From the NCBI GenBank assembly GCA_965248835.1, contig CBDFLJ010000001.1:512001-576000 (forward strand): DNA of 64,000 nucleotides. Reading direction: 5' to 3'. Below the pieces are notes generated by a model that saw nothing but the letters and a program-made list of their open reading frames with translations, did not search any database and was not told the DNA's origin. Below, piece by piece: positions 1-9,789 of this stretch; position 1 is the stretch's first letter, and every line of letters starts with the position of its first letter. The translations under genes were made by a program, and so were the position numbers. This DNA comes from Alphaproteobacteria bacterium. Its GTDB lineage: Bacteria; Pseudomonadota; Alphaproteobacteria; MPNO01.

Positions 1-2
1 AG

Positions 3-98
3 CGCAAGCGCATGGGGTTGAAGATCGTACTGTTCCTGATCCTGCTCACCGGCATGATGTTCGCGGTCAAACGCAAATACTGGACCGGCGTGCACTGA
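3..98 (+). CDS. petC: Cytochrome c1, C-terminal fragment (5' end outside window)
   Basis: Frame 3 reads RKRMGLKIVLFLILLTGMMFAVKRKYWTGVH*, the typical cytochrome c1 membrane anchor with a KRxxW tail. Confidence 0.85.
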   Translation, partial: RKRMGLKIVLFLILLTGMMFAVKRKYWTGVH

Positions 99-116
99 TC
101 GTCGGGCGAAGGGCCG

Positions 117-1004
117 ATGGCTGAGCCCGGGATGCCGCCGGTGATCGGCGTGATCGGCGGCAGCGGCATCTACGATATCGACGGGCTGGCGGACCGGCGC
201 TGGGAAGCGGTCGGATCGCCGTTCGGCACGCCCTCGGACTCGGTCCTGTTCGGCACCCTCGACGGCCAGCAACTCGCCTTCCTGCCGCGCCACGGCCGCG
301 GTCACCGCGTACCGCCGTCCGAGCTCAACTTCCGCGCCAATATCGACGTGCTCAAGCGCGCCGGCGCGACCGAGGTGATGTCGCTGAGTGCCGTCGGCAG
401 CCTTCACGACGACCTGCCGCCCGGCACGTTCGTGATCGTCGATCAGTTCATCGACCGTACCTTTGCGCGCCGCAAGAGCTTCTTCGAGGCCGGTCTGGTC
501 GCCCATGTCTCGATGGCCGATCCGGTCTGCTGCCGCCTCGGCGATGCGCTGGAAGCGGCGGCCGGCGCGCTCGAACTGCGCTCGGTGCGCGGCGGGACCT
601 ATCTGGTGATCGAGGGCCCGCAGTTTTCGACCCGCGCGGAATCCGAGCTCTACCGAAGCTGGGGCGCCTCGGTGATCGGCATGACCAACATGCCCGAGGC
701 GAAGCTCGCCCGCGAAGCGGAGATGTGCTATGCGAGCGTGGCCATGGTCACCGATTACGACTGCTGGCATCCGCATCATGACGACGTCAGCGTGGCTTCG
801 GTCATCGCCGTCCTGCAGGAGAACGCGGCCCATGCCCGCGCGCTCGTGGCCGGCGTGGTTCCGGCGCTCGCCGCCCGCCGCGGCGCTTGCGAGGCCGGCT
901 GTCACACGGCCCTCGACGCTGCGGTGATCACCCCGCCCGATGCGCGCGACCCGGACGTCGCTGCCCGGCTGTCCGCGGTCGCCGGCCGCGTGCTCGACCG
1001 ATGA
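117..1004 (+). CDS. mtnP: S-methyl-5'-thioadenosine phosphorylase
   Basis: [39 protein letters not shown] and VTDYDCW motifs; adjacent to mtnA. Confidence 0.95.
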   Translation: MAEPGMPPVIGVIGGSGIYDIDGLADRRWEAVGSPFGTPSDSVLFGTLDGQQLAFLPRHGRGHRVPPSELNFRANIDVLKRAGATEVMSLSAVGSLHDDLPPGTFVIVDQFIDRTFARRKSFFEAGLVAHVSMADPVCCRLGDALEAAAGALELRSVRGGTYLVIEGPQFSTRAESELYRSWGASVIGMTNMPEAKLAREAEMCYASVAMVTDYDCWHPHHDDVSVASVIAVLQENAAHARALVAGVVPALAARRGACEAGCHTALDAAVITPPDARDPDVAARLSAVAGRVLDR

Positions 1005-2086
1005 ACGTCGCGGGAACCGCCTATCGGACGATCTGGCTTGCCGATGACGGCGAGACCGTCGAGATCATCGACCAGACCCGCCTGCCGCACGAGTTCACGG
1101 TGGCGCGGCTGGCAAGCTGCGCCGACGCCGCCCATGCGATTGCCGCCATGCAGGTCCGCGGCGCGCCGTTGATCGGGGCCGCCGCGGCCTACGGGATGTG
1201 CCTTGCGATGCGCACCGACGCTTCCGATGCCGCGCTCGAGACGGCGTACGCGCGGCTGCTCGCGACGCGTCCGACCGCGGTGAACCTGCGCTGGGCGCTG
1301 GAGGACATGCGCGCGGTCATCTCGCCGGTCGGACCGGACGAGCGCAAGGCCGCCGCCTATCGGCGGGCGGCCGAGATCTGCGAGAACGATGTGGCGATCA
1401 ACCGCGCGATCGGCACGCACGGGCTCGGGCTGGTTGGCAAGCCGGGCGGCGGCACAGTCAACGTGCTGACCCACTGCAACGCGGGCTGGCTTGCGACGGT
1501 GGATTGGGGCACCGCCCTGGCACCGATCTACCGGGCACACGATGCCGGGATCGACGTCCACGTGTGGGTCGGCGAGACCCGTCCGCGCAACCAGGGCGCA
1601 GCCCTGACCGCCTGGGAGCTTGCCGGGCACGGCGTCCCGCATACCGTGATCGCGGACAATGCCGGCGGCCACCTGATGCGCGAAGGCCGGGTCGATCTGT
1701 GCATCACTGGGACCGATCGGACGACCGCCAACGGCGACGTGTGCAACAAGATCGGCACCTACCTGAAGGCATTGGCGGCGCGCGATAACGGCATCCCGTT
1801 CTATGTCGCCCTGCCGGGGCCGACCATCGATTGGACGCTGTCCAGCGGCCGCGACATCCCGATCGAGGAGCGCCACCCGGGCGAGGTGGCGACGATTACC
1901 GGCCGCACGGGGACGGGCGCGCTCGCCACCGTGCGTCTGACGCCCGAGGCGAGCCCGGCGCTCAACCCGGCCTTCGACGTCACCCCGGCGCGTCTTGTGA
2001 GCGCGTTGATCACCGAGCGCGGCGTGACCGAGGCCTCGGCCGAAGGGCTCTTGAGGCTCTATCCCGAGCGCCGCGCGGCCGGTTGA
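1001..2086 (+). CDS. mtnA: Methylthioribose-1-phosphate isomerase
   Basis: [45 protein letters not shown] and NPAFDVTP motifs; ATGA overlap with mtnP stop. Confidence 0.95.
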   Translation: MNVAGTAYRTIWLADDGETVEIIDQTRLPHEFTVARLASCADAAHAIAAMQVRGAPLIGAAAAYGMCLAMRTDASDAALETAYARLLATRPTAVNLRWALEDMRAVISPVGPDERKAAAYRRAAEICENDVAINRAIGTHGLGLVGKPGGGTVNVLTHCNAGWLATVDWGTALAPIYRAHDAGIDVHVWVGETRPRNQGAALTAWELAGHGVPHTVIADNAGGHLMREGRVDLCITGTDRTTANGDVCNKIGTYLKALAARDNGIPFYVALPGPTIDWTLSSGRDIPIEERHPGEVATITGRTGTGALATVRLTPEASPALNPAFDVTPARLVSALITERGVTEASAEGLLRLYPERRAAG

Positions 2087-2098
2087 CGGGAGGACGGG

Positions 2099-4132
2099 AT
2101 GCAAAGCCGGTGGTCGGACCGCGACGCCGAGGCGATGGTCGAGCACTATGCCGGCCAGGGTGTCGGCCGCGATCTCGCGCTCAGGGTCTATACGACGCGG
2201 CTGCTCGGCCGCGACCACCGACTGGTTCTGCACGGTGGCGGCAACACCTCGGTCAAGACCACGATGGAGGATTTGCTCGGCGAGACCGTCGAGGTGCTGT
2301 GCGTCAAGGGCAGCGGCTGGGACATGGGCGGTATCGAGCCGCCCGGCCTGCCTGCGGTCCGGCTGGCGCCGCTGCGCCGGCTGCTCGCGCTGGAGACGCT
2401 GAGCGATGAGGCGATGGTCAATTTCCAGCGCGGCAACCTGCTCGATTCCGCTGCGCCCAACCCCTCGGTCGAGACGCTGCTGCACGCCTTCATCCCGCAG
2501 AAATTCGTCGATCACACCCATGCCGATGCGGTGCTGTCGCTGACCGACCAGCCCGAAGGGGCGGAGATTTGCGCCGAGCTTTATGGCGGGCGCATCGGAC
2601 TTGTGCCCTACATCATGCCGGGCTTCCGGCTCGCCAAGAAATGCGCCGAGATCCACGCCGCCGACCCGGCGGTCGAAGGGCTGATCCTCTTGAAGCACGG
2701 TGTGTTCACCTTCGGCGAGACCGCGCACGAGGCCTATGAGCGGATGATAGAGGTGGTCTCCCGCGCCGAAGACCGGCTCGGCCGCGCACCGGTCTCGCAC
2801 CCCGTCCCGCGCCGCGCGCCGCCGCTGCCGGCTGCGGCGATCGCGCCGATCCTGCGCGGGCTTGCGAGTGGTGCGGGCAACCAGGCGCCGCGCCGGCTGG
2901 TGCTCGATTTCCGCAACCCCGCGGCGTTGATGGATTATCTCAACCATCCCGACCTCGCCCGGCTCGCGGCGTCGGGGCCGGTCACCCCCGATCACGTGAT
3001 CCGCACAAAGCCCCGGCCGCTGCTGCTCGCAGCGCATGCGGACGAGGCCCGGTTCCGCAACCACGCCAAGGACGCGCTGGCGGCCTTTACGACGGACTAC
3101 GAGGCCTATTTCGCGCGCAACAACGCCACGCAAACGCGCCCGAAGCGGCCGCTCGATCCCTACCCGCGGGTCATCCTGATCCCCGGCGTCGGGCTGTTCG
3201 GGCTCGGGGAGTCGCCCAAGGCGGCCGCCGTGGCCGCGGACCTTGCCGAGACCACCGCGAGGGTGATCACGGCCGCCGAATCGATCGGCCGGTTCGAAAG
3301 CATTTCGGAGTCCGAGATCTTCGATATCGAGTACTGGTCGCTCGAGCAGGCGAAGCTCGGCAAGGGCGCGGAAAAGCCGCTCGCGCGGCATATCGTGGCG
3401 GTGACCGGCGGCGGCTCGGGCATCGGCAGGGCGACCGCCGAGGCGTTCGCCGGCCAGGGCGCGGCGGTCGCCGTCATGGACCGCGACCGCCCGGCCGCCG
3501 AGGCGGTCGCCGCCGCGATCGGCGGCCGTGCATTCGGCTGCGACGTCACCGACCCCGCCTCGGTCGAAACCGCATTCGCCGACCTCGCGCAGGCCTTCGG
3601 CGGGCTCGACATCCTGGTCTCGAACGCAGGCGCGGCCTGGCAGGGCCGGATCGGCGAGGTCGCGGAATCGGTGCTGCGCGAAAGCTTCGAGGTCAATTTC
3701 TACGGCCATCAGCGCGTTGCTCAGGCGGCGGTCCGCATCATGCGTGCCCAGGGGCTCGGCGGCTCGCTGCTGTTCAACACCTCCAAGCAGGCGGTCAATC
3801 CGGGACCCGAATTCGGACCCTACGGCCTGCCGAAGGCGGCAACCCTGTCCTTGATGCGTCAATACGCGCTCGATCACGGCGCCGAGGGGATCCGGGCGAA
3901 TGCGGTGAACGCCGACCGGATCCGATCGGGCCTGCTGAGCGAGCCGATGATTGCCGAACGCGCCAAGGCCCGCGGCGTCAGCGCGCAGGACTACATGTCC
4001 GGCAACCTCCTGGGGCGCGAGGTCACCGCCGCCGACGTCGCCCGTGCCTTCGTCGACCTCGCCTTGTCGGAGAAGACGACCGGTGCGGTGCTCACCGTCG
4101 ATGGCGGCAATATCGCCGCGGCGCTCAGGTAG
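2099..4132 (+). CDS. Bifunctional class II aldolase / short-chain dehydrogenase (RhaEW/YuxG-like)
   Basis: N-terminal aldolase motifs GGGNTS, PSVETLLH, DHTH, KHG; C-terminal SDR motifs TGGGSGIG, SNAG, YGLPK; GGAGG RBS. Confidence 0.9.
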   Translation: MQSRWSDRDAEAMVEHYAGQGVGRDLALRVYTTRLLGRDHRLVLHGGGNTSVKTTMEDLLGETVEVLCVKGSGWDMGGIEPPGLPAVRLAPLRRLLALETLSDEAMVNFQRGNLLDSAAPNPSVETLLHAFIPQKFVDHTHADAVLSLTDQPEGAEICAELYGGRIGLVPYIMPGFRLAKKCAEIHAADPAVEGLILLKHGVFTFGETAHEAYERMIEVVSRAEDRLGRAPVSHPVPRRAPPLPAAAIAPILRGLASGAGNQAPRRLVLDFRNPAALMDYLNHPDLARLAASGPVTPDHVIRTKPRPLLLAAHADEARFRNHAKDALAAFTTDYEAYFARNNATQTRPKRPLDPYPRVILIPGVGLFGLGESPKAAAVAADLAETTARVITAAESIGRFESISESEIFDIEYWSLEQAKLGKGAEKPLARHIVAVTGGGSGIGRATAEAFAGQGAAVAVMDRDRPAAEAVAAAIGGRAFGCDVTDPASVETAFADLAQAFGGLDILVSNAGAAWQGRIGEVAESVLRESFEVNFYGHQRVAQAAVRIMRAQGLGGSLLFNTSKQAVNPGPEFGPYGLPKAATLSLMRQYALDHGAEGIRANAVNADRIRSGLLSEPMIAERAKARGVSAQDYMSGNLLGREVTAADVARAFVDLALSEKTTGAVLTVDGGNIAAALR

Positions 4133-4258
4133 CACCGCGCGCCAGCCGGGGTCGCGAGCGCTTCGTTCCACCCCGTCCGATCATCGGGGTGCACGGCATC
4201 GATCGGCGCATTAGGATCGGCTTTTATGCCCTCGAGTCCAGCACGAGGGAGGCTGATC

Positions 4259-5242
4259 ATGCGTGCGATGGTCTTCACCGGCGTCGGCTCCCCGCTCGTC
4301 CTGCAGGAGCGCGCCGTCCCGGAGCCCTCTTCCGAGGAGGTCGTGATCCGTGTGACCGCCTGCGGGGTGTGCCGGACCGACCTCCACGTCGTCGACGGCG
4401 ATCTGCGGCACCCCAAGCTGCTTCTGGTTCCCGGTCACGAGGTGATCGGCCGCGTCGCGGCGCTGGGCGCCGCCGTCGAGGGCCTGACTCCGGGCCAGCG
4501 GGTCGGGATGCCGTGGCTCGGCTGGACCTGCGGTGAATGCCGCTATTGCCGGGATGGGCGGGAGAACCTGTGCCGCGCCGCCCGGTTCAACGGCTATACG
4601 CTGGACGGCGGCTATGCGGAATACGCGCTCGCCGATGCGCGCTACTGCTTCCCGGTCGCCGGCACGCTCGCGGATGCGGAGGCGGCGCCGCTTCTGTGCG
4701 CCGGGCTGATCGGCCACCGCTCGCTGCGCATGGCGGGCGATCCGGCGGCGCTGGGCCTTTACGGCTTCGGTGCCGCGGCCCATATCGTCGCCCAAATCGC
4801 CAGGCACGAGGGCCGCCGGGTCTTCGCCTTCGTGCGCCGGGACGACACCGCGGCGCGCGACTTCGCGCTCGCCCTTGGCGCGGAATGGGCCGGCTGGTCC
4901 GACGAGATGCCGCCCGAGCCGCTCGATGCCGCAATCCTATACGCACCGGTGGGGGCGCTGGTCCCCGCCGCGCTGCGGGCCGTCGCGCCGGGCGGGACGG
5001 TGGTCTGCGCCGGTATCCACATGAGCGACATCCCGTCCTTCCCCTACGACATCCTGTGGGAGGAACGGCGCCTGGTCTCGGTCGCCAACCTGACCCGCCG
5101 GGACGGCGAGGATTTCCTGCCGCTCGCAGCCGCGATTCCGATCAGGCCTTCGGTTCAGGTGCTGCCGCTGGAGCGCGCCAACGAGGCGCTGGCCGCGCTG
5201 CGCGAGGGCGCGCTGAGGGGTGCGGCGGTGCTCGGGATGTGA
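4259..5242 (+). CDS. Zinc-dependent alcohol dehydrogenase (MDR family)
   Basis: CGVCRTD, PGHE, structural Zn site CGECRYC...C, LLCAG; GGGAGG RBS before ATG 4259. Confidence 0.92.
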   Translation: MRAMVFTGVGSPLVLQERAVPEPSSEEVVIRVTACGVCRTDLHVVDGDLRHPKLLLVPGHEVIGRVAALGAAVEGLTPGQRVGMPWLGWTCGECRYCRDGRENLCRAARFNGYTLDGGYAEYALADARYCFPVAGTLADAEAAPLLCAGLIGHRSLRMAGDPAALGLYGFGAAAHIVAQIARHEGRRVFAFVRRDDTAARDFALALGAEWAGWSDEMPPEPLDAAILYAPVGALVPAALRAVAPGGTVVCAGIHMSDIPSFPYDILWEERRLVSVANLTRRDGEDFLPLAAAIPIRPSVQVLPLERANEALAALREGALRGAAVLGM

Positions 5243-6237
5243 CCGACCTCGTCCCTTGCAAGGTCGCGGGTGACGAACACGATGCGCGAGCGGCGGTCGG
5301 CTGACGGCCAGGCAGCCATGGCGACCGGCGTGTGGAAGACGTGGTGCACGCCATGGATCGCGACCGGGCCGTCCTCGCCCGTCAGGTTGAGGATACCCTT
5401 GACCCGCAGGATGTTGTCGCCGCGCCGGACCCGCAGGTCCTTGAGCCAGGCGGAGAACTGCCGCCAGTCGAGGGGTTCGTCGATGACCAGCGAGAACGTC
5501 ATGATCGACCGGTCGTGGCGGTGCGCGGCCTCGCCGTGGCCGCTTGCCGAATCGGCGCTCAGCCAGGCGCCGATGTCGTTGGGATTTCCGGACCGGTCGT
5601 GCAGGCCCGCCCCGAACAGCGCGTCCGGATCGATCGCGCCGAAAAGCACGCGGATGACCGGCGCGCGCGGGTTCAGCCGGGCCAGGCGGCGGATTAGCGC
5701 CCGGCACGCCTCCTCCTCGGAGAGATCGGATTTGGTCAGCACCAGCCGGTCGGCGACCGCGGCCTGGCGCACCGCCTCGAAATGCTCGTCGAGCTGTCTG
5801 TCGCCGTATACCGCATCGACGGTCGCGATCACCGCATCGAGCCGGAAGAGCCGCGACAGGATCGGGTTGTTGAGGAACCCTTCGATGACGGGCCCCGGGT
5901 CGGCCAGCCCGGTGGTCTCGATGATCAGGCGCACGAACGCTGGGAGCGCGCCGCTGGTCCGGCGCGCGTAGATCGTCGAGAGCGTCGTCTCCAGGTCGTC
6001 CCTGACCACGCAGCACAAGCACCCATTGGTCAGCATGACCACTTCGGCATCGGCATCGTCCAGGAAATACTGATCGAGCCCGATCTCGCCGATCTCGTTG
6101 ATCACCACCGCGGAATCGGCCATCGCCGGATGGCCGATCAGGCGGTTGAGCAGGGTCGTCTTGCCGCTGCCGAGAAAACCGGTCAGCACGGAAACCGGCA
6201 CCCGCTTATCATGATCGCCTCTGCGAAACAGGCTCAT
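5155..6237 (-). CDS. CobW/COG0523-family G3E GTPase (metallochaperone)
   Basis: GFLGSGKTT P-loop, INEIGEIG, GCLCC, IETTGLADP, LTKSD, RVKG; start estimated at MSLFRR. Confidence 0.9.
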   Translation of the reverse strand: MSLFRRGDHDKRVPVSVLTGFLGSGKTTLLNRLIGHPAMADSAVVINEIGEIGLDQYFLDDADAEVVMLTNGCLCCVVRDDLETTLSTIYARRTSGALPAFVRLIIETTGLADPGPVIEGFLNNPILSRLFRLDAVIATVDAVYGDRQLDEHFEAVRQAAVADRLVLTKSDLSEEEACRALIRRLARLNPRAPVIRVLFGAIDPDALFGAGLHDRSGNPNDIGAWLSADSASGHGEAAHRHDRSIMTFSLVIDEPLDWRQFSAWLKDLRVRRGDNILRVKGILNLTGEDGPVAIHGVHHVFHTPVAMAAWPSADRRSRIVFVTRDLARDEVGHIPSTAAPLSAPSRSAASASLARSSGST

Positions 6238-6418
6238 GGCGACTTTATCCCTGCATTCCGGCCCTTTTGCGCGGTCGAAGGTCAACCATAGTCGCGCCCG
6301 TCGTTGGCGGTCCAAAAATTTCTTGCGGAGTCCGCTCGGGCGGGGGCACGCTTGGCCCGGAGCACGCGGCGGCGCGAACGCTGTGGAGAACAACAAGGCT
6401 CGGATCGGGGCGAAAGGC

Positions 6419-7204
6419 ATGGCTGACCTGATCGACGTGAGCGGCCGCGTGGCAATCGTTCCGGGCGCCAGCGGCGGCATCGGCAGCGCCGTCGCCGAGG
6501 TCCTGGCCGAGTGCGGCGCCGATGTCGCGCTCGGCTACAGGTCGAACCGCCAACGCGTCGACGAGGTGCTCGATCACGTCGGCAAGCTTGGCCGGCGGGC
6601 GAGCGCGCATCAGGTCGATGCGACCGATCCGGCGGCGATCAAGGCCTGGGTCGATCAGGTGATCGCCGATTACGGTCAGGTCGACATCCTGGCGAATTGC
6701 CTGGGCTGGAAAGGCCACACCTCTTTCTCGTTGTTCACCGAGCAGGACCCGGCGTCGTGGCGCGCCTGCGTCGAGATCGAGCTGATGGCCTGCATCTACT
6801 TCGCCGATGCCGTCATTCCCCACATGATCGAGCGCAGGTACGGGCGGATCGTCACCATCGGCTCGGATTCCAGCAAGGTCGGGGAGTCCGGCGCCGCGGC
6901 GAGCGCCGCGGCGCGCGCCGGCAACAACGCCTTCTCCAAGTCGCTCGCGCGGGAGTGCAGCCGCCACGGCGTGACCGTGAACACCGTCTGTCCTGGGCCG
7001 ACCGACACCCCCGTCCTCGATCAGCTCAACAATTCCGGCGATACCGGCCAGAAGATCGTCGCGGCGCTGATCCGCTCGATCCCGATGAAGCGCATCGGTA
7101 CGCCGCGCGAGGTCGCCAACGCGGTCGCCTTCCTCGCCTCGGATGCAGCGAGCTACATCACCGGCCAGGCGATCAGCGTGTCCGGCGGCTTGACTATGTC
7201 ATAG
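6419..7204 (+). CDS. Atypical SDR oxidoreductase (BadH/FabG-like, lacks YxxxK)
   Basis: PGASGGIG, VNTVCPGPTDT, ITGQAISVSGG; active-site segment reads SAAAR. Confidence 0.85.
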   Translation: MADLIDVSGRVAIVPGASGGIGSAVAEVLAECGADVALGYRSNRQRVDEVLDHVGKLGRRASAHQVDATDPAAIKAWVDQVIADYGQVDILANCLGWKGHTSFSLFTEQDPASWRACVEIELMACIYFADAVIPHMIERRYGRIVTIGSDSSKVGESGAAASAAARAGNNAFSKSLARECSRHGVTVNTVCPGPTDTPVLDQLNNSGDTGQKIVAALIRSIPMKRIGTPREVANAVAFLASDAASYITGQAISVSGGLTMS

Positions 7205-7231
7205 GGCGGAACGAGCGCAAGAGGTGGTCCG

Positions 7232-8101
7232 TTGAGAGCAATCGACATCCACGTGCATCCGATGACCAAGGAGTGGTTCGAGGCCTTCGGGGTGTTCTCC
7301 GATGCGCTGGAGAAGCTGCTGCATGTCGAGTACGAGGCCAAGACCGAAGAGGAGATGGCCAACGACTTCCGGCGTGCGGACTGCGTCGGCATGATGATCG
7401 CCTGGGACGCCGGGGTGGCGACGGGCGATGGGATCATCACCAACGACTGGGTCGCCGGTCTGACCGAAAAGTTCCCCGACGTGTTCCTGCCCGGTTGGGC
7501 GGTGATCGATCCCTGGAAGGGCAAGGAGGCGCTGGCCGAGCTCGAGCGCGCGATCACGACGCTCGGACTGAAGGGCGCGAAGTTCCAGCCGCCGGTCCAG
7601 GCGTTCTACCCCAACGACCGGCGTTTCTATCCGATCTGGGACCTTTGCCAGTCGCTGGGCGCACCGGTGCTGATCCACACCGGGGTGACCGCACTCGGCA
7701 CCGGGCTGCCTGGCGGGCGCGGCGTGCACCTGAAATACGGCCGGCCGATCCCCGGCATCGACGACATCGCGGCGGACTTCCCGAACCTTACGATCATCGC
7801 CGCCCATCCGGGATGGCCCTGGCATGAGGAGCTGATCGCCGTCCTGGTCCACAAGGACAACGTGTTCTTCGACGTCTCGGGCTGGCGGCCGCGGTTCATC
7901 CCCGAGCCGGTCAAGCAGCAGATCAACAACCGGCTCCAGGACAAGGTGATGTTCGGCTCGGACTACCCGGGCTGGACGCCCGAGCAATGCTTGGACGAGC
8001 TGGAGCAGGAAGGCTTCAAGGCGCCGGTGCTGGAGAAGATGTTCGTCAAGAACGCCGTGCGGGTGCTGGGGCTGGACGAAGAGGCGATCGCCGCCCGCTG
8101 A
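7232..8101 (+). CDS. Amidohydrolase-2 family protein (CouO-like)
   Basis: IDIHVH, IHTG, AAHPGWPW, FGSDYP; TTG start with GAGG RBS. Confidence 0.85.
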   Translation: MRAIDIHVHPMTKEWFEAFGVFSDALEKLLHVEYEAKTEEEMANDFRRADCVGMMIAWDAGVATGDGIITNDWVAGLTEKFPDVFLPGWAVIDPWKGKEALAELERAITTLGLKGAKFQPPVQAFYPNDRRFYPIWDLCQSLGAPVLIHTGVTALGTGLPGGRGVHLKYGRPIPGIDDIAADFPNLTIIAAHPGWPWHEELIAVLVHKDNVFFDVSGWRPRFIPEPVKQQINNRLQDKVMFGSDYPGWTPEQCLDELEQEGFKAPVLEKMFVKNAVRVLGLDEEAIAAR

Positions 8102-8117
8102 GCCGGCCGAGGGGAGG

Positions 8118-9563
8118 ATGACGATGAGCCAGAGGCTGCCGAATTCAAAGCTGCCGATCTATCGCGAGCTCATCGATTGGAACGATTTCAACCAGCAATA
8201 CCCCGCGCCCGACGTCTGGGCGGAGACCATGTTCAAATGGCCGGCCGAGCGGGTGCGCGAAATGCAGAACGACCGTTTCGTCACGCTCATGGCCGACGGC
8301 TGGAAAAACGGCTTCTACAGCCGCCGCTGGCGCGACGCCGGGCTGGAACCGGGCGATATCAAGAGCCTGGAGGACATCGTCAAGCTGCCGATGTTCAATT
8401 CCGACGACATCAAGGCCAACCAGGCCGACTTCCCGCCGTTCGGCGACATCCAGGGTATCGGCCCGGCGGACTTCAAGGACATTCCGATCAAGATCCACAC
8501 CAGCGGCGGGACCACCGGGACGCCGCGGCCGACGCTCTACGGACCGGTGGAATGGGAGCTCAACGCGCTGACCTGCGGGCGCGGCCTCTATCTCGTCGGC
8601 GGCCGGCCCGGCGACATCATCCAGATCCCTTCCACCCTGTCGCTCGCCAATGTCGGCTGGGCCTACTACAAGGCCTGCCATGACTATCTCGGGATCCTGC
8701 CGCTGACCACCGGCAGCGGCGTGGTGACCGCGAGCCGGCGCCAGCTCGACATCGCCTTCAATTGGGGCACCAACCTGTGGATGAGCTTCCCGGAATACCT
8801 GATGCAACTCGCCCGCGTCGCCCGGGAGGATCTGGGCCGCGACATCCGCGAGCTCAACACCAAGCTCTTGGTGACCTATCTCGGCCCGGACACCAAAGGC
8901 CTGCTCCGCGCGGAGCTGGAGGCGCTGTGGGGCTGTCCGGTCTACGACCTCTACGGCACCCACGAAATCGGGCTCGGCGCATTCGAGGGACCCGACAAGG
9001 ACGGCCTCTATTTCATGGAGGACGTGATGTTTTTCGAGGTCACCGACGTCGAGACCGGAGCCACCCTCTCCCCGGGTGAGACCGGCAACCTCGTCGTCAC
9101 CTTGTTCCACCGGCGCATCCCGCCGATCATCCGGTTCAACCTGCGCGATCTGGGCCGGATCGTTTCGACCGGGACCTCGTCCATCGGCAGCGCCTACCGC
9201 CGCATGGACCACTTCCTCGGCCGCAGCGACGACATGGTCAAGCTGCGCGGCGTGAACGTCTATCCGATGGCCTGCCTGTCGGCGATCAAGTCTGACCCGC
9301 GGACCACGGGGGAGTGGATCTGCATCGTCAACCGGACCAAGGACGGCGGCGTCTCCCGCGACGAGATGACGGTGCGCGTCGAAACGCTGAAGGGCGCCGG
9401 CGCCATCGACGGGCTGGTTCCCTTCCTCGAGACCCGGCTGCGCGAGGACCTCGGCGTCAAGGTCGACGTCGAGCTGGTGCCTGACGGAAGCCTCGCCGAT
9501 ATCGCCAACCTCGGCCGGGAAGGCAAGCCGCAGCGCCTGATCGATCAGCGCTTCAAGGATTAG
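8118..9563 (+). CDS. Phenylacetate-CoA ligase-family (PaaK-like) acyl-CoA ligase
   Basis: HTSGGTTGTP, YGTHE, IRFNLRDL, GRSDDMVKLRGVNVYP. Confidence 0.88.
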   Translation: MTMSQRLPNSKLPIYRELIDWNDFNQQYPAPDVWAETMFKWPAERVREMQNDRFVTLMADGWKNGFYSRRWRDAGLEPGDIKSLEDIVKLPMFNSDDIKANQADFPPFGDIQGIGPADFKDIPIKIHTSGGTTGTPRPTLYGPVEWELNALTCGRGLYLVGGRPGDIIQIPSTLSLANVGWAYYKACHDYLGILPLTTGSGVVTASRRQLDIAFNWGTNLWMSFPEYLMQLARVAREDLGRDIRELNTKLLVTYLGPDTKGLLRAELEALWGCPVYDLYGTHEIGLGAFEGPDKDGLYFMEDVMFFEVTDVETGATLSPGETGNLVVTLFHRRIPPIIRFNLRDLGRIVSTGTSSIGSAYRRMDHFLGRSDDMVKLRGVNVYPMACLSAIKSDPRTTGEWICIVNRTKDGGVSRDEMTVRVETLKGAGAIDGLVPFLETRLREDLGVKVDVELVPDGSLADIANLGREGKPQRLIDQRFKD

Positions 9564-9789
9564 TCCTGTCCCGAAAATTTCTGATCGTGTGGGTTGATCT
9601 GTGATTCGCGACGCCCATGGTCACTGACATGGCGATAGCTGACAAGCCTGGCGCCCACCGAGTGATTCCGCCGCAAATCCCCCAACGTTCAACCCGGACG
9701 TTGAACCAGCGCGGCGCGCCTCACCAAGACAAGGATGTCCTCCGGCGAGGCGACGGCGGGGACGAGAACGGCCGGGGCAGACGGGCCGA

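Noticed and set aside
902-4171. 1089-aa minus-strand ORF
   Set aside because: Antisense shadow of mtnA and the aldolase-SDR gene; Arg/Ala/Gly-rich, no motifs, expected at high GC
9564-9789. 94-aa ORF (9617-9901) or sRNA in the convergent gap
   Set aside because: No RBS or motif, overlaps the GST antisense; no convincing RNA structure by eye
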